Positions 37,338 to 47,900 of a stretch of DNA of 51,301 nt are shown here, piece after piece. The stretch is from a virus. Lineage: Duplodnaviria; Caudoviricetes. The stretch covers positions 1-51,301 of IMG/VR virus record IMGVR_UViG_3300044606_000240. The stretch is one strand, 5' to 3'. The notes under the pieces were generated by a model. That model did no database searches and was not told where the DNA came from. It saw only the letters and a list, made by a program, of their open reading frames with translations. Position numbers and translations under genes: made by a program. How positions within the stretch are numbered: position 1 is the stretch's first letter; each line of letters starts with the position of its first letter.

Positions 37338-39730
37338 TGGCAATTAATGTAAACATACCAAATAGTGCCCCCAAGTATCTCAGGGATATAGTAAATGCTA
37401 TTGATGAATTAAAGAAAGTTACCTGGCAGGGAACTACTAAACAGACTTCAAGAGATTATGAAGGTACAGTAGGTACTATAAAGCATATCAAATATGGTAC
37501 AGATGATTACAGGTTAAGAATTAAAACAGAAGATGGCTATGTAGAAACGTTAAAAGGAACTGTAGCTAAAGATACTTCTGAATACGTTATCACCAATAGT
37601 ACGTTAGGGAAGCAGCTTGGAAAGGTAACTGGTGAAATAGAAGACCAGATGGGCAATTTAAGTGATGGAATAAGTCTGCTTGAATCACAAATATTTACTG
37701 ATGCAAATGGAAAGATAAATAAAACTCCGAATCCTTTATCATCAGGATTATATCTGGGTTCCACACATCTTGGTTACTGGACTGGTTCTCAGTGGAGAAC
37801 CTATATGAATAATAATGGAGGTTTCTTTCTTGATGGAACCAATGGCTATTTGGCCTGGAACCCGGTTACAGATACTCTGAATTTAAAAGGTAATATATAT
37901 ATAAATAATCCTGGCAATATCAGGATATCGGATTTGGATAATGATGCAAATTTTGTAAAAACCTTCTATCAATCTTCTGCTCCAACATCAGGTATGTCAA
38001 CAGGAGATTTATGGTATGATACAGACGATAAACAAATATACAGGTATACTTCTGGTTCATGGGTATCCCTGTTGACTCAGGGAGTAAGAACTTTCTATCA
38101 AACCACTGCTCCTGCGTCAGGCATGATAACGGGAGATGTTTGGTACGATACAGATGATAAAACAATGTACAGGTTTAATGGCAGTACCTGGGATGTTTTA
38201 GTAAACAGAACCCTGATAACAGATGCTGGTATATATTCAGGAACAATCAATGCAGCCCAGGTTAATGCTGGTGAGCTTAATGGTTTTACAATGACTATAG
38301 GAAGTGGAACAAGCATTTATAAAGCAGATACGAATGGTATCTATCTGGGTAATTCTACATTTGCAAGTGCGCCATTTAGAGTAACTCCCGCTGGTGCTTT
38401 AACAGCAACAAATGCTACTATTACAGGCAGTATTACTTTAACCAATACTATACCTAATGACAAGGTGTCTGGTTTGGGAACGCTGGCTCTTAAAAGTTCA
38501 TTGCTTGGCAGTGATGGTGTTACTACGGTTATTACTGCATCTGGCATCCAGACTGGTTCTATAAAAGCAGGAGATATAGCCGCAAATGCAATTACAGCCG
38601 ACAAGATAAATGCAAGTGCAGTTACAACAGATAAACTAAATGCGTTGGCCGTAACTACAGATAAGCTTGCTACCGGGGCTATAACGGCTGATAAAATATT
38701 TGCCGGAAGTATTACATCAGATAAGTTAAGTGTTTCCACTCTTTCTGCTATATCTACTAATTTAGGAACGGTAACAGCTGGAAGTATTGATGCATCTGAT
38801 GTCAACATAATAAATCTGCATGCAAATAATATTGTAAGCGGAACATTGAGCGCTGCAAGAATAGCAGCAGGAAGTATAACTACAGATAAACTTAATGTGA
38901 CAAGCTTATCATCAATTTCAGCAAATTTGGGAACAATCACAGCTGGGAATATAACCGGAGTAAATATAACCGGAGCTACAATCACAGGCGGAATTTATAG
39001 AAGCTCAACTTCCGGAGACAGAATTGAAATCACCTCGGGTGGTATCAGCCTTTTTTCTGCAACCGGAAATCGTGGTACTATATCATATTCGCCGAATTCT
39101 ATTAATTCTTTACAAATAAATTCGGAAAATGAAATCGAACTTATCCCAAATGGGCAAGTATATGTTGGAGGAAGCCTATATGCTGATAGTTATTTACAAG
39201 CGTACGGATATAAATCTTATGATGGCAGTATTGGTGGCACATCTACAACAGGTGGAGTAACTTTTAAAAATGGGCTATATATTAGTGGAAGTCTATCTGG
39301 AAGTGGAACAGTTACAAGTGTCGCTATTAGTGCTCCTTCTGCAATAACAATATCAGGGAGCCCAATAACGACATCTGGGACTATTACATTAGGCTTGGCA
39401 TCTGGTTATACAATTCCGACGACAACACAAGCTTCAAACTGGACGACTGCTTATAATTGGGGCAATCATGCGAGTGCAGGATACCATACAGGTACTCTGG
39501 CTATAGGCAGTGGTGGTACGGGAGCTACTACTGCAAGTGTAGCAAGAACTAACTTGGGTTTGGGTACTATGGCCACACAGAATACGGGTGCCGGTGTAAC
39601 ATTTGGTTTTATAGCAGATTTAAGATTTAATGGCGGTACATTACAGCAAAGGTCTGTAATGCCCGTATTTGCAAATGGAATACTTACAGGTTATAGTATC
39701 CAATCTCCCGAATGGCAAAATGTAATTTAA
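37337..39730 (+). CDS. tail fibre/spike protein
   Basis: two 43-aa GD.WYDTDD repeats, ITADKI repeats, GGTGAT...ARTNLGLG. Confidence 0.85.
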   Translation: MAINVNIPNSAPKYLRDIVNAIDELKKVTWQGTTKQTSRDYEGTVGTIKHIKYGTDDYRLRIKTEDGYVETLKGTVAKDTSEYVITNSTLGKQLGKVTGEIEDQMGNLSDGISLLESQIFTDANGKINKTPNPLSSGLYLGSTHLGYWTGSQWRTYMNNNGGFFLDGTNGYLAWNPVTDTLNLKGNIYINNPGNIRISDLDNDANFVKTFYQSSAPTSGMSTGDLWYDTDDKQIYRYTSGSWVSLLTQGVRTFYQTTAPASGMITGDVWYDTDDKTMYRFNGSTWDVLVNRTLITDAGIYSGTINAAQVNAGELNGFTMTIGSGTSIYKADTNGIYLGNSTFASAPFRVTPAGALTATNATITGSITLTNTIPNDKVSGLGTLALKSSLLGSDGVTTVITASGIQTGSIKAGDIAANAITADKINASAVTTDKLNALAVTTDKLATGAITADKIFAGSITSDKLSVSTLSAISTNLGTVTAGSIDASDVNIINLHANNIVSGTLSAARIAAGSITTDKLNVTSLSSISANLGTITAGNITGVNITGATITGGIYRSSTSGDRIEITSGGISLFSATGNRGTISYSPNSINSLQINSENEIELIPNGQVYVGGSLYADSYLQAYGYKSYDGSIGGTSTTGGVTFKNGLYISGSLSGSGTVTSVAISAPSAITISGSPITTSGTITLGLASGYTIPTTTQASNWTTAYNWGNHASAGYHTGTLAIGSGGTGATTASVARTNLGLGTMATQNTGAGVTFGFIADLRFNGGTLQQRSVMPVFANGILTGYSIQSPEWQNVI

Positions 39731-39745
39731 AAACAAAGAGGATAT

Positions 39746-39928
39746 ATGGAAGAGTTAATACAGAGATTAAATACATACAGAGCAGAGGCGGGTAAGTATA
39801 GAGACTTATCTTTAAAGTTTGAAGGTGCAGCAGAAGCAATAGAACTGCTTATAATAGCAGAACAGGAAAAGCTTAAGAAAGAGAAGGAAGAGGAAAATGG
39901 CGAGTTATTACCAGATGTTAGCAAATAA
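39746..39928 (+). CDS. small coiled-coil protein
   Basis: GAGG SD; follows fibre gene. Confidence 0.65.
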   Translation: MEELIQRLNTYRAEAGKYRDLSLKFEGAAEAIELLIIAEQEKLKKEKEEENGELLPDVSK

Positions 39929-40427
39929 CAGAGCTAATCAATTTAAGAATAATGGTAGTGATGAAGATTATTACAATTACTACCAGGGAATGATTGAGGA
40001 CAGGTATACATCTATGCTGGATTACAGCTCTCCTATGTATAAGCAATATGCTAATTACCTTCAAACCTCTACTCCCAAAACAGGTACAGATACTTATATG
40101 AGTATGCTTACTGCTGGTGGTGGTGGATATGCGGGTAATATGAAGATAGCAGCAGCTAAAGCAAAGAGTGATAATGCACAGAGAAATGATAGTATACTGA
40201 ATGCCGTGAACCAGTTTGCTGCTTCTAATTCTTCTCAGGCCAATAGCCTGTTGGGTTTAATGTCTAATAGTCAGATGAATAAAATGCAGTTAACAGCACA
40301 GAGAGAGGCTGATAATGAAAGCTTTGGAGATATATTAGGCGGAATACTCGGTATGGTAGGTGGTTCATTTTTAGGGCCTATGGGCAGTGCAGCAGGTGCA
40401 AGCATTGGCAGTAAATTATTTGGTTAG
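39897..40427 (+). CDS. putative ejection/internal virion protein
   Basis: Gly/Ala-rich hydrophobic C-terminus; position. Confidence 0.65.
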   Translation: MASYYQMLANNRANQFKNNGSDEDYYNYYQGMIEDRYTSMLDYSSPMYKQYANYLQTSTPKTGTDTYMSMLTAGGGGYAGNMKIAAAKAKSDNAQRNDSILNAVNQFAASNSSQANSLLGLMSNSQMNKMQLTAQREADNESFGDILGGILGMVGGSFLGPMGSAAGASIGSKLFG

Positions 40428-40435
40428 GAGATAAT

Positions 40436-41527
40436 ATGGCAAAGCGTAGTTTTATGGATTATATTTCCCAGGGCATGGAAATGGGTCTGCGTTATCAGCA
40501 AATGGCAGATGAAAAGAAACGCAGAAAAGAAGAGCTTGAGTATCGTAAACAGAGAGATGAAAAAGACGATACTTACAGGGAAACTATGCGCCAGTACCAG
40601 GTAAACAGGGATACAATAGCTGATGAAAGATATAGTAAAGAATTTGGTTTAAGACAGAAAGAGTTCGATTCCAACCAGTTAGCCAGAGATGTACAAATAG
40701 CATCTGTAAAACAGAATTTACTTAAAGGTTACAGAACCAAATCCCAGGCAGAAGCTATGGGCTACCAGGCTGGCGGATACCAATCAGATACTGATATTGA
40801 AGGTAAAGTAGGTCTGGATTTTCTACCGGAAGGTGAGTATATTAGTAATGACATACTTGATGACTGGTATAAGAAAAGACAGCTTGATATTACCCAGCAG
40901 AACAATGCTATTAATGCCGGTACTTTAAATCTGCAGAGGCAGATGCAGACATTGCTTATCCAGGAAAAAATTAAGGATATGCAGTTAAAAGATGCCATGA
41001 CAAATGCTGCTAATAAATCAAATACTGAATTGCCTAAATTACAGCAGTTACCAATAGCTCAATGGGGTGCAAGCGGGGATTACTTAAAAGAGCCGGAAGG
41101 TGTAGGTATATTATCTAACCTGATGTCTCTTAAACCCTGGAGTGAGACTACAGATAAACAGAAATGGAATGCTGCTAAGAAGACTAATACAGATAAAGCT
41201 GCTGAATATATAGACAAGTATGTCAGTCCTATACTCAATATGAGAGAAGAAAGATTAAAACTTGGATTAGGTACTAATGATCTGGATGTAGTAATCAGCA
41301 ATATACAGCCTGCTTTGTATGGTATATATACTTCATTTGACAAAGGATATTCTTATTCCAAATCCGGCAACAGAAGAGTAAAAGCAGATGTATATAATAC
41401 ATTGCGTGCTATTGAAGCCATAACCCAAACCAATAGCCAGCAGGCAAGTGCTGCTGTTCATACTTTAATGCAGGAAGAAGCAGCTAAAGCTAAAGGCAGA
41501 GCTATAGGACAGGGCAGGGAACATTAA
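40436..41527 (+). CDS. putative ejection/internal virion protein
   Basis: charged coiled-coil N-terminal half; AGGAG SD. Confidence 0.65.
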   Translation: MAKRSFMDYISQGMEMGLRYQQMADEKKRRKEELEYRKQRDEKDDTYRETMRQYQVNRDTIADERYSKEFGLRQKEFDSNQLARDVQIASVKQNLLKGYRTKSQAEAMGYQAGGYQSDTDIEGKVGLDFLPEGEYISNDILDDWYKKRQLDITQQNNAINAGTLNLQRQMQTLLIQEKIKDMQLKDAMTNAANKSNTELPKLQQLPIAQWGASGDYLKEPEGVGILSNLMSLKPWSETTDKQKWNAAKKTNTDKAAEYIDKYVSPILNMREERLKLGLGTNDLDVVISNIQPALYGIYTSFDKGYSYSKSGNRRVKADVYNTLRAIEAITQTNSQQASAAVHTLMQEEAAKAKGRAIGQGREH

Positions 41528-41547
41528 ACTTAACTTATAGGTATAAA

Positions 41548-41823
41548 ATGGAACTAATGACTACTTATCAACTCTTGTTTGGTATCACTTGCTTAATCAT
41601 AGGTTTTGTGGGTGTGAATAAGAGAAAAGATTTGCTTTCAAAGTATGGAAAGCAAATCAGGCAAACAGAAAATAATTTAGCTCTATCTTCACTACCTTTA
41701 GAGACTACGAGGGAGAATCCAATTTGGAATAAGTATGTACATGCGGGACAAATGATATTCTATGGCTTTCTACTTGGGGGTGTAATTGTAATTCTTTTTC
41801 TTTATCAGCAAATAGCCAAATGA
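41548..41823 (+). CDS. small 2-TM membrane protein
   Basis: two hydrophobic helices. Confidence 0.6.
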   Translation: MELMTTYQLLFGITCLIIGFVGVNKRKDLLSKYGKQIRQTENNLALSSLPLETTRENPIWNKYVHAGQMIFYGFLLGGVIVILFLYQQIAK

Positions 41824-41971
41824 CAGAGCTTGAACGTACAATATTATTTTTAGTGTTTATGATAGTAATGTATTACTTAGGTTTCAAAAACAAAAAGTAA
41901 TACAAAGTAATTGTGGTATTATGAAGTAAGCTGAGCGCTTACCCGATACGAATTTTAAAAGAGGAGACATT

Positions 41972-44900
41972 ATGGCTGACCAGCAGTTAGATCTGCTTAA
42001 TGCTCTGTACCAGAGCAATCCTTCCTATTTCAGTGAAGAAGACATTTCATTATTACAAACCAGAAACGAACAGGAGGATATACCTTTCCAAAAGATAGAA
42101 GATACCCGGGTAGTAGAAGATAATCTATGGAATACTGTAAGCAGGGGTATGTTAATGCTACATACAGGTATGCTTGAAGGATTCACTACCTTACCGGTAA
42201 ATGATTGGGTGGGATTAAAACCAAGAAATACAGCAGAGCAATTATTCTCAAGTATAGGACAGTTAATGGGCTTCATTGGTGGTTTTATACCTGGCCCTGG
42301 ATTGCTTGGTAAATTAGGACTTACTTCTGCAGCCAGAGGTATTAGTATGCTGGGCAGAACCGCTAAAGCTGCAAAGATAGCAAGCGAAGGTAAATATTTT
42401 CTGCAATTAAAATCCCTTCCTATGATGGGTGCAGACTTAATGATGAAGGGATTAAATAAAGCTACAGGCGGAGGAGCAGCATTAGAAGCTGTTAAATTCT
42501 TAGGTAAAGGGACTGTGGGACGTAATTTACTTGGGGGTGGATTACACCTTGGATTTGCTTCTGGAATAGCCTCTGCACCTATATATGATCTTTCCTGGGA
42601 TAGTTTCGTAGACAGGAGATTAGAAGGAGCTATTCATGGCGGTATATTTGGTGCTGGTAACAGAGCGATAGGTAACCTTATAGGCAGAGGCGGTAAATTA
42701 GATTTGGGTAAGGTATTATTTAAAGGAGAACCGGATGAACTTATAGCCTTATCCAAAACTGGTTCACAGGTAGCAGCAAAGACCTTAAAAAATCAGGATA
42801 AAATAAATATGTTTGCCAGAGCTTTAAGCAGCAGTTTATTCTTCGGTATGCCTTCTACATTACAGGATTATCCATTAGAATTACAGGTATATGAATATCT
42901 TCTTAATGCTTACTTTGGAGCCAAAGAAATGCCATTAGCACAGAGAACAGCATTAGAATTATCCAGACCATTTGCAAGTAATCCCGTTAAAAGAGATATG
43001 CTATTGAGACCTGAAAAGCATATACCAAATTATGACAATCTGCCAGATGCAGTTAAGAATGAATTGCAGATACAGGCTGAATTTCAGTTTGGTGGTACTG
43101 TAAATGAATTTTATAATAATACAGAGCTTGCTGCTGCTAAAACCGTAGATAAAGTACAGCAGGTATTAGAGACTCAGCTTAATGAAGGTAAAATCAATCA
43201 GAAACAGTATGGTGAGTTATTCAAGAACTGGAGAATCAACCAGGTAGTTGAACAAGCAGCCAAAGAAGGTAAAACAGAAGAAGAAGTACAGCAGAAAATA
43301 ACAGAGAAAACCGAACAGTTAAAAGATCAGCTGGCAGAAGAATCATTTATCAAATCTCAATATGAAGAGCTGATGAACTCTGTTCTAAATAAAGATTTGG
43401 GTGATCCAAACCTGCAGCATCAGTCTATAGTTCAGGGCAATAAAGAGCTGGATGATTTTTACCAGCAATCAGGATTAGCAAGACCATACAGAGAACCATT
43501 CAGAGAAATAAGTAAATGGATTTCTAATAAAAAAGGTATTCTTATTGAAGATGTAGCTTCCCAGGTAGAAATAGAAAAGGCTGTAATTAAAGAAGCACAG
43601 CAGTATTTGGGTAAAAAAGATGCAGGTGAAGCTGAATGGAACAGCTTTAAAGAGAATATAGCCAAACAGGCAAATGCTGAACTGGATGATAACATAACCA
43701 GGGAATTAAGACGTACATGGGTTAAAGTAAAACAATCAGAGCAGAGATTATCTTTATCTGTTAAAGCAGATAATAGCATATCAGAACCATCTGTTATTAC
43801 ACCGGAGGGATTAAAAAGGGTTCCTGAATTTGCTCCAAGACCTATAATGGCAGACTTACTTATACATGAATCCGGCTTGACTACGCTAAGGGAGATAAAG
43901 AACTATGAGCAAAAAGATGGTACTGAAATAGATATATACAGGGCTATAGATGAAGGCCTGTTAACTGATAAAGACCTCATTCTTAAAGCTTATAATACTC
44001 CTTTATATGCAAACCAGGATGGCAAAGTAATTAAACTCGCAGATAATACTGCTATTTACGGAGGAAGGAAAGATGAACCTGTGCTGTTATCTGGCAGATT
44101 CTTAATAGCAAAAGAAGATGCTAATAGAGTCATAGAAGAAGCCAGGCCTTATGTTGGGAAAGATTATCAGAAGGGTTTAGAGAGATTTGGAATAGCAGAT
44201 AAAGAGGCTTATGACCATATATATGCTAATAACATAGAAATGCTCAGACAGTTTAATGGATTTGATACTGTCAGGGAACTGTTTGAAGCTAAAGGTAAGT
44301 TTATAACAGATCCAATAGCATTAACCAAACGCTTCCAGGTATTTAATGACCATTCTCCAAAGCTTGAACCCGGCTATATGAAGGATATAGATGATAACTT
44401 TAAGTTTATTATACTAAATGCCAGGAATAGTGATGGTACATTCCATAGTGAACTTGAAGGTAGTGAATATACTTTCTATGCTAAGGACAAAGATAAGAAA
44501 GTACAGTTATTTAAATATGATGCTCATTTGGATGGTGGTGTATTTGTAAGAGATGATGTATATAATAAAATGGTATCTTATTTTGGTTATGATACCGATA
44601 CATCGTCTGCCAAAGGAGTTCATATATTCAAAGGCGATAGTGGAGAACCAGCCATTGTGGATGGTTATACTCGTTTATGGAGAGGAGAAACGAGTTATGA
44701 GAAAGGTAGTACTAAGGTTCCAGATTGGGTAAAGGATGCCAATAAAGACAAACCCAGGGGAATATTCTTCTCTGCCAGTAAGGAAGAAGCCAATTATTAT
44801 GACCAAAAATTCGGGAATAAGTCTGGTAACATAAGCTATATAGATGTACCTACAGCAGATATAGAAGCATACAGAGCTTCTAACAATGGAGGTAAGCAGT

Positions 44901-47900
44901 ATACAGCACAGGGAATGGCGGTTAAAGAGTTTTTTTTACCAGAAGAATTAGGTGAGGAAAGGATTTCTTACAAAAACAATTCTCAGGGCGGCTTTATAGG
45001 TAAACTTGCATGGCATAAAGCATCTCCTGAATTAACCAAATGGATGACAGAGAATAATATCCATGCGTTTCATTTTGATACTACAGCCAAACAAAGGGGA
45101 GCAAGAGAATCCGCTGACTGGCAGATGAAAGATGGGCAATTCATATTTCCAAAAGGTTTTACTGTATATGACTCACCCTGGGAAAGTGTTTCTGTAAATT
45201 CAGCAGAAGACATACATGGAGCGGTAGAGAAATATCAGAAAATAGCAAAGACTGTTTCTACGAATATAGATGGTTCTACTGAACTGGGAAGAAAAGCACA
45301 AAAAAGCTATATAGACAACTTTGTAAAACCTAAAATATATTCATCCCCGGAAGTATCCAGAGAAATAGCCGGGGCTATTGATTTATATAGTAAAAATAAT
45401 ATAGCAGAAGCAGACAAAATAGCAGATAAAATAGATATAGATTCTATTGGCATGCAAGATAAAATCAGAATACTGAATACCACTAAAGTAGCCAATAAAC
45501 TATGGAAGAAAATAGTAGACGATATACTTAATATTGATCCTGTAGAAGATGATCTAACTTATTTTGACGGTATTATAGAAAATGAAACATTAGAATATAA
45601 AGATGACTTTATTAAGGCTAAAGGTACTGCACAAAGATACCTGGATGCTATTGGAGATAATTTAACTCCCCAGTTATTACAATTACCCGGTATCAGAGAA
45701 TATTATGAAGCTGCATTAAAGAGATATTTTATAGAACATACCATTACTCCGAGAACCAAATATTCAGCAAAGCTTATATTTACTCCGCATGATCCTTTTG
45801 TAACTGAGAAATTAGGAGGTATAAAGCCAGGTTATTATTATGCCAATGATGGATTAAAGAGCAAGATAATACCTACAAGCAAGGGAGAAATGACTCTTGA
45901 AGAGGCATATAAAGCAGTCCCGGATGAATTAGAGCACATGTTTGTGCGTGTACCCACATCTTCTGCTTCTGGTGTAAGATTATTAAAGTTTGGAGGTTTT
46001 ACAGACACAGCAGGTTATGGATTTAAAGTACATCCAGAAGAATATTTTAATATGGATGGTGCTGATAATGATATAGATAGCGCATTTGTATACTTTGATA
46101 TGCCCAAAGAAATAAAAGATTATTATAGAGCACAAAGAGATCAATGGTATGAGAAAGCCAAATATAATGGCAAAGATATAAAAGTATCCAAAGAAGCTAA
46201 ACAAAATCCCGAGTTTCTGGATAAAGAAAATACTCAGCCATTATATAAATTTGATCCGATAAGCTACTTAGAAGTTAATAAATCTGCTTCTCAGGGTAAG
46301 GAACAATTAGGTTATGGTATGTCTACTGGCAACAGACTAAAAGCCATATATGATATGCTAATGAACCAGAAAAGAGGTTATCTCTTCGGCTATACTAAAA
46401 ACGGAGAAGTAGCCTGGAGAGCAAAAATAAATAAGGATAGAAATATTATAGAAGATTTGGTAAGAGATGTGGTTAACTATAGTGCTGATGCTGCTGATGG
46501 TAATAAGCTTAAAGATAAAGATCAGGTACAATCATTGTTATTTAAGAAATTCTTTACCAATATAGAATCTAAAGATAAGAAGGGTATATGGAGACTATTA
46601 TCTCCAACAGCAACAAATAAATTTACAAATAATGAAGGTAAAGAGATAACTTATAGATTATTTAATCTGAAAGCTAATCCAGAATATGCCGCTATGATGA
46701 AGCTGGATTCAGCAGCTAAAGGAAAGGAATATAGATTTGGCAGACCGGCAATCAAATATAAGTTTGAAGATATAATTAAGATATTTAAGGATTACAGAGA
46801 AACATTTGAGAATAAAATACCCAATACCTGGTATGGAGCTATGCATGAACTTGGGACTATGGAATACCAGTATAAAGGCATATCGGGATGGCTGGGAGGC
46901 AGAACTAATCTTGGTGACTGGCTGCAGGAATTTACAGAGAAATGGAATAAAAAGTTAATAAGGAAATATGTCGGTAGATTTGTAGTATCTACTCCTAAAG
47001 AGAACTTATTAAAACAGAGACAGCTATTTATAGACAGACACAGACATTTGTATGGTGAAACTCCATTAGAGCTGCAAAGATTAAATACTACTGCTGACAG
47101 GTATGAATCAGAACTTGCAGCACAGGATTTATATGATAATGCTTCTGCTTTATACTCTATCAGAACCGGAGCTGTATTAGATAAAGTAGTAGATGGAAGT
47201 AAATCGATAACTGAAATCCAGAAAAAAGTAGCTGAGTTCCAGAGAGATTTAGGAAATATACGAAAAGCTAAAAAGAATAATACTGACTATATTAAAAATG
47301 ATGGTATATATAATACAGATAAACTATCCAGAGATGTAACTGAATACTATAAAACATTAACTAACAATCAGCCAGGCAAAGATTACTTCGAAGCTTTACT
47401 ATCTTCCAGCCTCCATATACAGGAAATGTCATTGGCTAAGTATATAGAGAAAGAGATAAGGGAATTAAAGTCTGTTGATAAGGATTCTGAAAGAGCCAGA
47501 GAACTGCGGGATATAATTAAATATAAATCCAAAGAATGGAAGTCTACAAATGCAGATACATTCTTTATGAACCTGGACGTTATATCTGCCAATACAATGA
47601 AGAATATAGCTAATGTATTTCAGAAACTATCAGATGTCACATTCCAGCCTGTAGATTGGAAGAAAGCAGCAACTGCAAGTATAACAGACGCTGGTGGATT
47701 AGCGGAAGTTATAGGTGATGTAAGTAGGGAGAAAGTAGTTATACAGACTGATACAGCCAAAGCTAAAGAATTAGTAGACTCTGTAGATTCTATTCTCAAA
47801 AGAAAATCTGCCATTCTTGAAGCTGGCAAAGATAAGGTATTAAATGCAGAACTGGAAAGTGTTAATAAAGTATTCCAGGATATACTTATACGCAAACCTT

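Noticed and set aside
37960-38960. Repeats as a CRISPR array or mobile element
   Set aside because: They are in-frame, degenerate protein repeats of the tail fibre
38341-38985. 214-aa antisense ORF and other shadow ORFs (e.g. 20672-21262, 21905-22387, 47620-48060, 8697-9164)
   Set aside because: Opposite well-supported genes, no motifs; explained by codon bias
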